DNA of 64,000 nt from an uncultured Hyphomicrobiales bacterium (lineage in GTDB: Bacteria; Bacteroidota; Ignavibacteria; Kapaibacteriales; UBA2268). Shown in pieces: positions 41,229 through 49,578 of this stretch (the stretch's first letter is position 1; every line of letters begins with the position of its first letter). The notes under the pieces were generated by a model, which saw only the letters and a list, made by a program, of their open reading frames with translations, was not told where the DNA came from and did not search any database. The stretch covers positions 131,658-195,657 of the forward strand of contig CAYVVD010000001.1 of the NCBI GenBank assembly GCA_964454975.1, written 5' to 3'. The translations under genes and the position numbers were made by a program.

Positions 41229-42379
41229 TGGAATTATCAGTTATGGAAAATGTACTATTTGTTGATGATGAATACGAAGTGCTTTCTGCATTCCAGAGAA
41301 ACCTCCGAAAGCATTATAAAGTAAGCATAGCTACGAGCGGCAAAGAAGGCCTTGAACTAATGACGGAATCCAGAAAGATTGCTGTTGTTGTCTCAGACTT
41401 CAATATGCCTGAAATGAGCGGAGTTGAGTTTCTTACACTCGTGAAAGAGGCCTCTCCGGAAACAGTACGAATGCTTCTCACAGGTTTTGCAGACCTTGAC
41501 ACGGCTATGAATGCAGTAAACAAGGGGAATATTTTCCGGTTCATGACTAAACCTATATCAACAAATGATATAATACCGATTATTGATGCTGGAATTGAGC
41601 AGTACAATTTAATTAAATCAGAAAAGGAACTACTAAACAATACTCTAAAAGGAAGTATAAAAGTCCTGATTGATATTTTATCAACCACAAATCCTACAGC
41701 ATTCAGCAAATCAACCAGGATTAGGAATATTGCAAAAGGTATTGCATTAAATTTGAAAATTGAAAAGCTTTGGGAAGTCGAAATTGCTGCATTGCTTTCC
41801 CAGATTGGATGTATTGCAATTCCTGAATTTATCCTGGAAAAAGTTTACAATGGTGAATCACTTACTTCTGAGGAAAAGAACCTATATGACAAGCATCCAA
41901 ACTTAGGCCATGAACTGCTGAAAAATATACCGCGTCTTGAAGCAGTATCTGAAGCCATTGGAAAACAGAATCTTGATCCGGGAACCTATAGTTCGGAAAA
42001 TGTCCCCGGCAAAGAGATTCCTTTGCTATCCAAGATCCTGCGTGTAGCTAATGATTTTGACACTTACCTCCAAAAAGGAGATTCTGAAGTGCTTGCATTC
42101 AAGAAACTACTTTTGAACCAGGAGAAATATGAAGCCGGCTTAATCAGGGCATTGGAAAAGGACTTAACCGGGCTTGGCACTGAAAGGATGGAAGTGAAGG
42201 CAATTCCCTTCAGAAATATAAGGGTGAACATGACCTTAGCAGACAATATTACTGATTCGAAAGGTGTTATACTTCTGACAAAAGGAAACGAGATAACAGA
42301 TGTGAATTTGATGAGGCTGATTACCGCTTCTCGCGTTCGTAAAATAAACGAACCGATTAAGGTATGGGTGAAGAAATAA
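41228..42379 (+). CDS. response regulator fused to a degenerate (predicted non-catalytic) HD-GYP-like domain
   Basis: REC (VVVSDFNMPEMSG). The HD-GYP-like region has substituted catalytic positions: LLSQIG in place of LLHDIG, GKQ in place of HHE, and DPGTYS in place of DGSGYP. Confidence 0.65.
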   Translation: MELSVMENVLFVDDEYEVLSAFQRNLRKHYKVSIATSGKEGLELMTESRKIAVVVSDFNMPEMSGVEFLTLVKEASPETVRMLLTGFADLDTAMNAVNKGNIFRFMTKPISTNDIIPIIDAGIEQYNLIKSEKELLNNTLKGSIKVLIDILSTTNPTAFSKSTRIRNIAKGIALNLKIEKLWEVEIAALLSQIGCIAIPEFILEKVYNGESLTSEEKNLYDKHPNLGHELLKNIPRLEAVSEAIGKQNLDPGTYSSENVPGKEIPLLSKILRVANDFDTYLQKGDSEVLAFKKLLLNQEKYEAGLIRALEKDLTGLGTERMEVKAIPFRNIRVNMTLADNITDSKGVILLTKGNEITDVNLMRLITASRVRKINEPIKVWVKK

Positions 42380-42404
42380 TAACGAGAAAATTCAGAATAA
42401 ATTA

Positions 42405-42432
42405 AAAAGAGCGTAGTTCACGCTCTTTTTTG
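42405..42432 (+). terminator. rho-independent terminator closing the six-gene signalling operon
   Basis: aagagcgt-agttc-acgctctt stem-loop followed by TTTTT. Confidence 0.55.
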
Positions 42433-42520
42433 TCAATAACGGTACATATTTATTGTTGACAATAATTAGCGAAGTTGTAAATGGATGATATTATTAGAGT
42501 TGTAAATAGAATCAGCACGG

Positions 42521-42553
42521 ATGCCGGGTAATTGATTCCTACCCTCTCCGCAA
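42521..42553 (+). repeat. degenerate direct repeat of the tRNA-Ser 3' end (candidate attR of an old tRNA-targeted island)
   Basis: A perfect 13-mer, accctctccgcaa, is shared with 26490-26504. The extended alignment is about 20/24 identical (gattcctaccctctccgcaatt vs gaatcccaccctctccgcaaat). Confidence 0.55.
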
Positions 42554-42623
42554 TTATTTTTAGCCACAAAAATTATCATTTAAAAATACGGGTAAAATTT
42601 ATTAATTTATCAAGCTTAAACAA

Positions 42624-42707
42624 GCCCGGATGGCGGAATTGGTAGACGCGCTACATTCAGGGTGTAGTGTCCTTAAGGGCGTGGAGGTTCGAATCCTCTT
42701 CCGGGCA
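42624..42707 (+). tRNA. tRNA-Leu (anticodon CAG)
   Basis: Acceptor stem gcccgga/tccgggc, anticodon loop ttCAGgg, long variable arm, T-arm ggttcgaatcc. Confidence 0.85.
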
Positions 42708-42744
42708 CAGCCTGCAAAAGTTTGTTCAGTATTTAACTGCTTTT

Positions 42745-43725
42745 CTACCTGTCCAGAAGGATATAATTTTTAAATTCTCCCAGTTTTTTCCCAAAGAGCA
42801 ATTTCTTCTCAATAAACGTTATCAGCTTGTACTTGAACCTGTCATGCTTATGCTTCTTGCGGTTCGGGTTTGTTTCTTTTTTGGAGTAGTTCAGCCTGCC
42901 GGCCCAGTCGAACTTTTTTATTCGTTTTTGCATTACTTCCGGGTGAGCCTCCCGGAACCTTTTAACATTGCCAAGCGGACCATAGTCGAATTCAGGAGTC
43001 CTCTTTTTGTATTCTTCTTCTACCATTCTTCCATGGTGAATAGTATCAAGTGATTTTGATTTTTTCTGCATGTATTCCGGTGGGCGTACCCATCCATAAT
43101 GATAAACATAAGCTCCGCTGTCAATTACTTTAAGCTTATGAGTCCCTTTCTGCTGGCGATAGTTTTTGCCGTCAAACCCCGGAATTCTCCTGAATGACTG
43201 CGCCGATTCCCAAGAATGTATCTCGGGGTTATTGCGGATTATCCTTATTTCATTGCTGTACCAGCTGTGTCCGTCCTGGTGATGCCCGTAATCTCCCCAG
43301 AAATGCACATAACTGAATAGCATGCCTTCCACCTCTTTGTCATCGAGGTATTTCTCGCAGTTATCCCTGATTACAGGAAGGTACTTCTCATGAATAACCT
43401 CATCCGCCTGGAGGTAGAAAAGCCAGTCTCCGGTGCAGTTATCCTTTGCAATGTCTGTTTGGTGTGCGTTTTCAGTTCCCTTAGGGTATTTATCCAGGTC
43501 CCATTTCGTATGAATAATTTTGATTTTTTCTGAGTTTATGCTTAGAATTTCTTCCCCGGTGCTGTCGTCTTCATCGCAATCTCCGAGCGCCACTACAAAT
43601 TCATCCACGATAGGAAGTATGGAAAGGATAGATTCTTTTATGGGGTAGTAAAGCTTGACTGCATTTTTCACCATCGTTAAACCGCTTATCTTCATAGCCT
43701 GCAAGTATGACTGAAAAAAAAACAA
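42745..43725 (-). CDS. glycosyltransferase family 2-like protein
   Basis: N-terminal Rossmann-like GT-A region with a DxD-like YLQADEV. Basic C-terminal tail. Weak family assignment. Confidence 0.45.
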   Translation of the reverse strand: MFFFQSYLQAMKISGLTMVKNAVKLYYPIKESILSILPIVDEFVVALGDCDEDDSTGEEILSINSEKIKIIHTKWDLDKYPKGTENAHQTDIAKDNCTGDWLFYLQADEVIHEKYLPVIRDNCEKYLDDKEVEGMLFSYVHFWGDYGHHQDGHSWYSNEIRIIRNNPEIHSWESAQSFRRIPGFDGKNYRQQKGTHKLKVIDSGAYVYHYGWVRPPEYMQKKSKSLDTIHHGRMVEEEYKKRTPEFDYGPLGNVKRFREAHPEVMQKRIKKFDWAGRLNYSKKETNPNRKKHKHDRFKYKLITFIEKKLLFGKKLGEFKNYILLDR

Positions 43726-43809
43726 ATTATGAAATAAAGGGGAGAATGTAAGAGTTTGAAAATTACATTAATAAAGGTAGGGGCGAAAAATCATTCGCCC
43801 CAAAGTATA

Positions 43810-44502
43810 TTATGCCTTTACTATCTTAATATTAAAATTGGGATTCTGCAATGAACCAAAGAGCCTTAACCACAAAGGCAGGTACATTTCCGTAGCTCGT
43901 GCATTTGTGATATCTCCCAAATCAATAACACTTTTCCAGCCGAACCAATCTTTTAGGAGGGTATCAGTTACCCACTGCTTAGCTTCTGTGTCATTCCCGG
44001 CGATGATTGCATCATGCTTCTCAGGAAGCATTCCGGGATTTATCATAATATTAGCACTTACCGTATTCAATGCCTTTACAACCTTAGAATCAGGAAATGC
44101 AACCTGTATGCGTTCACCAAGCGATTCGGTATTGCAGAAAGCGAGGCTTGGGGGAAAACCCTGCGAGAAATCAAGCGGATTGGAAATATCAACAAGAATC
44201 TTTCCTCTTAGATTTGATGCCCCGGCGGAAGATAGTGCTTCAACTGAGGCTAAACCAAAAGTACAGTTCAAGATTACTTCTCCAAATGCTCCCGCTTCAG
44301 CAAAACTACCTGCAGAAGCCTTATGCCCGTTAGATTCCATCTCAGCCTTCCACTGGTTTGCTGATGGTACGGTTCCCCAGTCGCCCCGATCTTTTACTGC
44401 ATCAGGATTGCGCGAGCTGATGCAAATATTATGGCCAAGTTCCAGGAGTTTCTTCCCAACGGTTTGCGCTACCTGGCTCGAACCTATTATTCCTAATTTC
44501 AT
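43810..44502 (-). CDS. NADP-binding dinucleotide oxidoreductase (F420-dependent NADP reductase / ProC-like N-terminal fold)
   Basis: MKLGIIGSSQVAQTVGKKLLELGH Rossmann motif. Confidence 0.5.
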   Translation of the reverse strand: MKLGIIGSSQVAQTVGKKLLELGHNICISSRNPDAVKDRGDWGTVPSANQWKAEMESNGHKASAGSFAEAGAFGEVILNCTFGLASVEALSSAGASNLRGKILVDISNPLDFSQGFPPSLAFCNTESLGERIQVAFPDSKVVKALNTVSANIMINPGMLPEKHDAIIAGNDTEAKQWVTDTLLKDWFGWKSVIDLGDITNARATEMYLPLWLRLFGSLQNPNFNIKIVKA

Positions 44503-44673
44503 TTATTTCTCCGGTTGATGAAAGTTTGTTCATTATTAACGGAGAAGGGAATAAGAGAGTCTATTTCTAAAAATAAATGTTGAAAATTAGCTCTTGCATT
44601 TGATAAGTTTTTTAACTAAATCTTAAAATTATTTAGTTATAATTGCCTTGAAATAAAGGTTGGCTGGAGTAAA

Positions 44674-45333
44674 ATGAGAAGAAGGCAAAAACCGGAACCA
44701 ATTGAAAATCTTACTTTTGGACAAGCACTCAGGCGGTATTTCATTTCCGGAATCGCAGTATTGCTCCCCCTTTTTATTACTTTTTACATCTTGGCATTTG
44801 TTGTTCAGTTTGCAGAGGATGTAATCGGGAAATACTTTAATCAATTCCTGTTCAATAATTTTGGTTTTAAGATTCCGGGACTCGGAATAATATTAATTCT
44901 GTTAGCAATTTTTGGTGCCGGCTATTCATCGCGGTTTCTCATCGGAAGAAAAGTTTTGCCGGCAATAGACTGGATATTACGCCAGGTACCTGTTCTGTCC
45001 CAGATTTACAAACCATCAAAGCAATTCACAGACCTCGTTTTTGCCTCAGAAGGGAAAAAGCATTTTAACAGGGTTGTTATTGTTCCATACCCAAACCCTG
45101 AAATTTATACTATCGGGTTTGTCACAAATGAAGAGATAAAAAAGCTTGATGAACACGTAGATAAAGAACTTATTTCAGTATTGGTTCCTTATGTACCCAC
45201 TCCGTTTACAGGTATATTGCTCTATTATCCAAAAGAGAAAGTAATCGAATGTGATATCCCCGTTGATATTGCGATTAAAACTGTATTATCCGGTGGTGTA
45301 ATTTCACCATATGGTGATGAAAAAGGGCAGTAG
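44674..45333 (+). CDS. DUF502-family membrane protein
   Basis: Two N-terminal TM helices and a conserved DUF502-like core (RQVPVLSQIYKPSKQF...VVIVPYP). Confidence 0.55.
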   Translation: MRRRQKPEPIENLTFGQALRRYFISGIAVLLPLFITFYILAFVVQFAEDVIGKYFNQFLFNNFGFKIPGLGIILILLAIFGAGYSSRFLIGRKVLPAIDWILRQVPVLSQIYKPSKQFTDLVFASEGKKHFNRVVIVPYPNPEIYTIGFVTNEEIKKLDEHVDKELISVLVPYVPTPFTGILLYYPKEKVIECDIPVDIAIKTVLSGGVISPYGDEKGQ

Positions 45334-45348
45334 AACTGCCCTGCAAAA

Positions 45349-45807
45349 TCACCTGTTTCTTCCACGTCCTTGCCGTTTGCCGTCGCCTCCCGACCAAGCC
45401 GGTTTGTAATTCTCATCTCTAAGTGTATAAGTCTCATCTTCATAAATTATTTCACGGGCTATATACTGATCCTCAGGTAACTCATTAGTTCTGAAGGCAT
45501 CAAACTTAATTTCCTTACCTTTTTGAAGCTCACCAACTAATGAATTGATTGCTCTCGTGGGTCCGAGATGAACATTAAGCGATTTACCATTGCTTGTTTT
45601 AATAATAACATGTGTTCCGCTGAGGGACCTGCCCGTTGTAAGTTTGCATTCGCCTACTTTGAAATCTGTGATATTGCCGGACAATTCAACAGGTTCTACA
45701 TTAACTCCTGCTCTTACAATACCTTCCTTATTGCCAACACCTCTTTGTGCCGGGCAAACAGTACTGAAAATTATGAATAATACCAAAAGAGAGATTTGCC
45801 TTTTCAT
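45349..45807 (-). CDS. secreted hypothetical protein
   Basis: Signal peptide MKRQISLLVLFIIFSTVCPAQ. No recognisable domain. Confidence 0.35.
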   Translation of the reverse strand: MKRQISLLVLFIIFSTVCPAQRGVGNKEGIVRAGVNVEPVELSGNITDFKVGECKLTTGRSLSGTHVIIKTSNGKSLNVHLGPTRAINSLVGELQKGKEIKFDAFRTNELPEDQYIAREIIYEDETYTLRDENYKPAWSGGDGKRQGRGRNR

Positions 45808-45873
45808 AACTACCTCGAATAATTAAAACACGTTTGTATATGTTTAGACAGGGTTGGATGCTAATAGGTTTAA

Positions 45874-47115
45874 TCAATTGGATAGCAATGTATCGCGGTA
45901 AATGTTATACCATTCGGGAACCTTTTCCTCCATGCCGTTTGCTTTTATATAAGCGAGGTTGGCCTTCAGGGTGTCAATTTTGAATTCTTTACCGTTCAGG
46001 CCCTCAAATGCATTTGCAAGATGGACGGCAAAGAGCATTGTAAACCCTTCCTGGGTTATAAGAGATGTATTGTGATGAAAGGCGGCGGTTTCAACGATAT
46101 GCTGAGGAATGCCCCAAAGTCCAAGCAGGTATGCGCCGGCAGCTTCGTGTGTTACTCCCGCAGCTTCTAATTCTGCATCTTGTTCAGTGGCGCCTTTAGA
46201 GAGGAGTTCTTTTCTCAAGTGAATAAAACCAGGTACCTTCATTAATACAAGCAAACCAATGTCATGAAGAATGCCGGCAGTGAAAGCATCGTTGGTAATT
46301 ACTTTTTCAAGCTTTTCTTTCTGGCACAAGTTTTTGGCAAGATGCGCTACCTTCAGGCTATGCTGGCTTAACTTCTGGATGTGTTGCCTTTGTTCCCCGG
46401 TAGCGCCTTGAAGCGCAAAAGTATGCAGGTATAGCACGAGTGATTTTATAATATGCGTCCCAAGCAATCCTATGGCTGTATTTAGCTCAGTAATTGTACG
46501 AGGCAGACCAAAAAAGCCTGAGTTTACTGTTTGAAGGATTTTCGCAGTCAGCGAGGGATCGTTTGAAATAAAATCACTTAACGTATCAACTGTAGTTTTC
46601 TCGTCTTCAAGAAGTTTTTCAATATCTAGATAAGTTTCCGGGACAGAAGGCAGCTCGCCAATGCCATTAATCAGTTCAATGAGCTGCTTGTTGTCAATCA
46701 TATCATTAAGTGTCATGGCATTCAATATGTTATTCTTTAAGTCCTCTCCTTTGCAAGGCTTCGCAAGAAATCTGTGTGCCAGATTTGAAGAACGGATTAC
46801 TCTCAGCTTTTCCCTGCTTTCTGAAACCAATACCCTTACAAGATTCGGATGTTTTTCTTTAACCTGCTTCAGCAACTCCGTACCATTCATATGAGGCATT
46901 TTCAAGTCAGCTACAATAACATCAACTTTTTTGATGAGTAATGCACGGAGGGCATCTTCGCCTGCCTGGGTAAAATAGAGTTTCCAGTCAGGAGCTACTG
47001 CATTTATTTCGCGTTTATATGTTGCAAGCGATGCATATTCATCATCTACAAAAAGTATTGCCACATCCTTTTTCATAATTGTCAGGTTAATGATAATCCT
47101 TGAGTTTAACTTCAT
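45874..47115 (-). CDS. response regulator with HDOD output domain (paralog of 40017-41228)
   Basis: REC (VIVADLKMPHMNG) plus HDOD. Long identical blocks are shared with the island copy (AKILQTVNSGFFGLPR.ITEL; LGTHIIKSLVLYL; DAFTAGILHDIG). Confidence 0.8.
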   Translation of the reverse strand: MKLNSRIIINLTIMKKDVAILFVDDEYASLATYKREINAVAPDWKLYFTQAGEDALRALLIKKVDVIVADLKMPHMNGTELLKQVKEKHPNLVRVLVSESREKLRVIRSSNLAHRFLAKPCKGEDLKNNILNAMTLNDMIDNKQLIELINGIGELPSVPETYLDIEKLLEDEKTTVDTLSDFISNDPSLTAKILQTVNSGFFGLPRTITELNTAIGLLGTHIIKSLVLYLHTFALQGATGEQRQHIQKLSQHSLKVAHLAKNLCQKEKLEKVITNDAFTAGILHDIGLLVLMKVPGFIHLRKELLSKGATEQDAELEAAGVTHEAAGAYLLGLWGIPQHIVETAAFHHNTSLITQEGFTMLFAVHLANAFEGLNGKEFKIDTLKANLAYIKANGMEEKVPEWYNIYRDTLLSN

Positions 47116-47225
47116 CTAAAGTTACAACTTTGGAGTTTCTATTCCAATTGAAATAATGCTTTAAAAAAAGTAAAGCCGGTATGAAACTAATTCAACCCGG
47201 CTTTATAAAATCATTGATAAAATTG

Positions 47226-48404
47226 CTAACAACCGCCGGACACTTTAATAACATTCTTCTTAGGTTTTACAACCTTTTCTGAGTTTTTTCGCACTTCTTC
47301 AAGCTTCATGGCTGCGTCTCTGAGGAAGCGATTCTTAAATTCACCCTGAATACCAGCAATATTGTATGATTCAGGGCTAAGAATCTCTTCCCTGAATTTA
47401 GCTAACCCACCTTCAAGAACTATGTTAATCCCAGTCCCGATTTCACCGGCAAGGATTGCAGCTTTCCTGGCATCTTTTTCCTTCTCCGAGTAAAATATTA
47501 TTTCCTTTGTGTTCTTTTCAAAGAATTCACGCCATTCTCTGTTTAAAATGCTGTCCAAAGGTATGTTAACGGAAGTTGGGATGTTGTATTCATTGTATTT
47601 CAGGGACTCTCTTACATCAACGACAGTTAGGTTTTTATCATATTTAATCAACCTGTAAGTTAATGCAACGGGGGTTACCGTTTTAATCTCAGCAGTAGAA
47701 ACTAATTTTGCAGCATCAGCATACATTTTTTCCTCCCTGCCAGGAGTGAATAAAAAATACAACCCAAGAATAACTACAATGCCTGCTGCAGCATAGTGCA
47801 TATTGGATATTTTGTAAACATTGTATCCTTTATTTACCCTTCGCTCTATGCCTGATGTTACAAAAAATGCTGCCAGAGCCACGCCTATCAGTATGAATGC
47901 GAACATATCCTGTGTGATACCGAGCGTTTCGAATACTTTAACATCTCCCATATCATAACCGGAATAAATAGGTTCGACAATGGGATATATCTCGCCAAAA
48001 ATCAATACACCAATAAATAAGCCACCGATAAAAAACATTGCATCAATCTTGCCTATAGCAGCGCCACAAATACTTGTGCCCGGGCAATATCCTCCAAGTA
48101 TGAAACCAAGTCCCATAATAAGCCCGCCAACTATAGCTGACCACACAAACGTAGGATTGATATATATTATCTCTGCATCAAGAAATCCGAATTGTGAAAG
48201 GAACATAATTCCGAGCATCGCTGTTACTGCAGCGCTAAAGAATACTCTTAATACAGTAAAATCATTTCCGTAGAATAGCCCTGCGAGCTTTCTCGAAGAT
48301 GAAAAACCTGCCTGCTCAAGCACAAAACCGAATGCTATTCCTATCAATATTGCCAGTACAAGGCTTAACTCGTTGCTTATCATATCAGGAACAAACGGTC
48401 CCAT
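47226..48404 (-). CDS. YeeE/YedE-family sulfur-compound transporter half fused to a C-terminal rhodanese-like domain
   Basis: N-terminal ~200 aa is polytopic (Gly-rich TM helices GLGFILGGYCPGTS). The C-terminal rhodanese fold is VVDVRE...NIP. Position of the catalytic Cys reads ...IIFYSEKEKDARK.... Confidence 0.6.
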   Translation of the reverse strand: MGPFVPDMISNELSLVLAILIGIAFGFVLEQAGFSSSRKLAGLFYGNDFTVLRVFFSAAVTAMLGIMFLSQFGFLDAEIIYINPTFVWSAIVGGLIMGLGFILGGYCPGTSICGAAIGKIDAMFFIGGLFIGVLIFGEIYPIVEPIYSGYDMGDVKVFETLGITQDMFAFILIGVALAAFFVTSGIERRVNKGYNVYKISNMHYAAAGIVVILGLYFLFTPGREEKMYADAAKLVSTAEIKTVTPVALTYRLIKYDKNLTVVDVRESLKYNEYNIPTSVNIPLDSILNREWREFFEKNTKEIIFYSEKEKDARKAAILAGEIGTGINIVLEGGLAKFREEILSPESYNIAGIQGEFKNRFLRDAAMKLEEVRKNSEKVVKPKKNVIKVSGGC

Positions 48405-48419
48405 AATTTCACCTGCCTG

Positions 48420-48953
48420 TTATATCCATAATCTTCTGAAAAAATATGCAAACATGTATCCCGCACCGAAAATGAACATCATTGAAATGAAGCCTGCGAG
48501 AGATAGCACAGCCATGCCGCTCAAGGCACTTCCGCTTGTGCAACCACGTCCGAATTGAGCTCCAACTCCAAACAATATTCCTCCGATTACTGCGGCAACA
48601 AGCCGGATGTTAGGTCTTGTATTTGGCCCGTGCTCAATTTTAAAGTTAATCCTGTTGCTGATTATGCCGGAAATAAATCCACCAATCAGGACGCCAAATA
48701 TTTCAAATACAAGCCAGCTTTTAAGCGGATTGCCTTCGTGTGACTCGGAATAGGATTTGTAATATTCCGAATTTTCAGCATGATCCGGTGCAATGATTTC
48801 TACTGATGCAACTGCAAAACTTTTTGCTGCACCGCTTGCACCAAGGCCCCTACCCGTTATGAATATTGCCGCGAGCAGCGTCAGGCCCAACAGAAATCCC
48901 GCCAGGTACGGGTTCATGTATGGTTTTGGGCTTGTTATTTGTGGGTGTTCCAT
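48420..48953 (-). CDS. YeeE/YedE-family membrane protein (sulfur transport, half-size)
   Basis: Four TM segments with GxGxxG-rich helices (GRGLGASGAA; GRGCTSGSALSG). Confidence 0.6.
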   Translation of the reverse strand: MEHPQITSPKPYMNPYLAGFLLGLTLLAAIFITGRGLGASGAAKSFAVASVEIIAPDHAENSEYYKSYSESHEGNPLKSWLVFEIFGVLIGGFISGIISNRINFKIEHGPNTRPNIRLVAAVIGGILFGVGAQFGRGCTSGSALSGMAVLSLAGFISMMFIFGAGYMFAYFFRRLWI

Positions 48954-49578
48954 TTTTTACTCCAATTTTATCTTCTTCTTCAAGTTCTTCGTAACCTGTA
49001 ATCATTGCCTTTAAATTTGACGTTACGGTATGCCCTGTAGTCATCAGATATATGTGCGCAATAAGGAAGGCTACAAGCATAAATGCACCTGCAGTATGCA
49101 GCCATGCTATCCATTCAAGAGTTTCAATGTTCAGCGACTGTATTCCTTCTTTTTGCGGGTAGCGGTAATAAATATAAAGCAATCCGGATATTACCATCAC
49201 AGGGATCCCAAATATTTTCAAACCGACATAAGTTAGCTTTTGTAGTGGGTTCAACTTGCTCAGGATAGATTTTTTAGTCGGATGAGGAGCTTTCTTAAAT
49301 ATACCAAACAGGTAATAATTCAAATACGCTTTAAGATTTTTAAGCGTTGGGATATATTGCTTGTACTCCCCGGTTGTCAGATGCCAGAATATGGCAAACA
49401 CAATGAGAACGATAAAAACCCAGGCCGCAAAATTATGATATGCAACTGCGTTACGGAAACCGAAGAAATTAAATGAACCGTGAATTTCGAATCCTGTGAA
49501 TGCAAGAAACATTACAAGCGCTGCCTGCATCCAGTGCCAGAATCGTTCAAATCCTTTATATATATATACTTGTTTCAT
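48850..49578 (-). CDS. membrane b-type cytochrome (formate dehydrogenase gamma / Ni-Fe hydrogenase cytochrome b family)
   Basis: RFWHWMQA...HNFAAW... His-bearing TM helices typical of di-haem cytochrome b. Its 3' end overlaps the downstream YeeE start by about 100 bp. Confidence 0.5.
   Translation of the reverse strand: MKQVYIYKGFERFWHWMQAALVMFLAFTGFEIHGSFNFFGFRNAVAYHNFAAWVFIVLIVFAIFWHLTTGEYKQYIPTLKNLKAYLNYYLFGIFKKAPHPTKKSILSKLNPLQKLTYVGLKIFGIPVMVISGLLYIYYRYPQKEGIQSLNIETLEWIAWLHTAGAFMLVAFLIAHIYLMTTGHTVTSNLKAMITGYEELEEEDKIGVKNGTPTNNKPKTIHEPVPGGISVGPDAARGNIHNG

Noticed and set aside
42433-42520. ttgtcaataa…ttattgttgacaa as an inverted repeat or operator
   Set aside because: The arms are not true reverse complements (mostly direct similarity). 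It is too imperfect to call.
42667-43053. 128-aa plus-strand ORF starting inside tRNA-Leu
   Set aside because: It overlaps the tRNA 3' half and runs antisense to the GT2-like gene. It is spurious.
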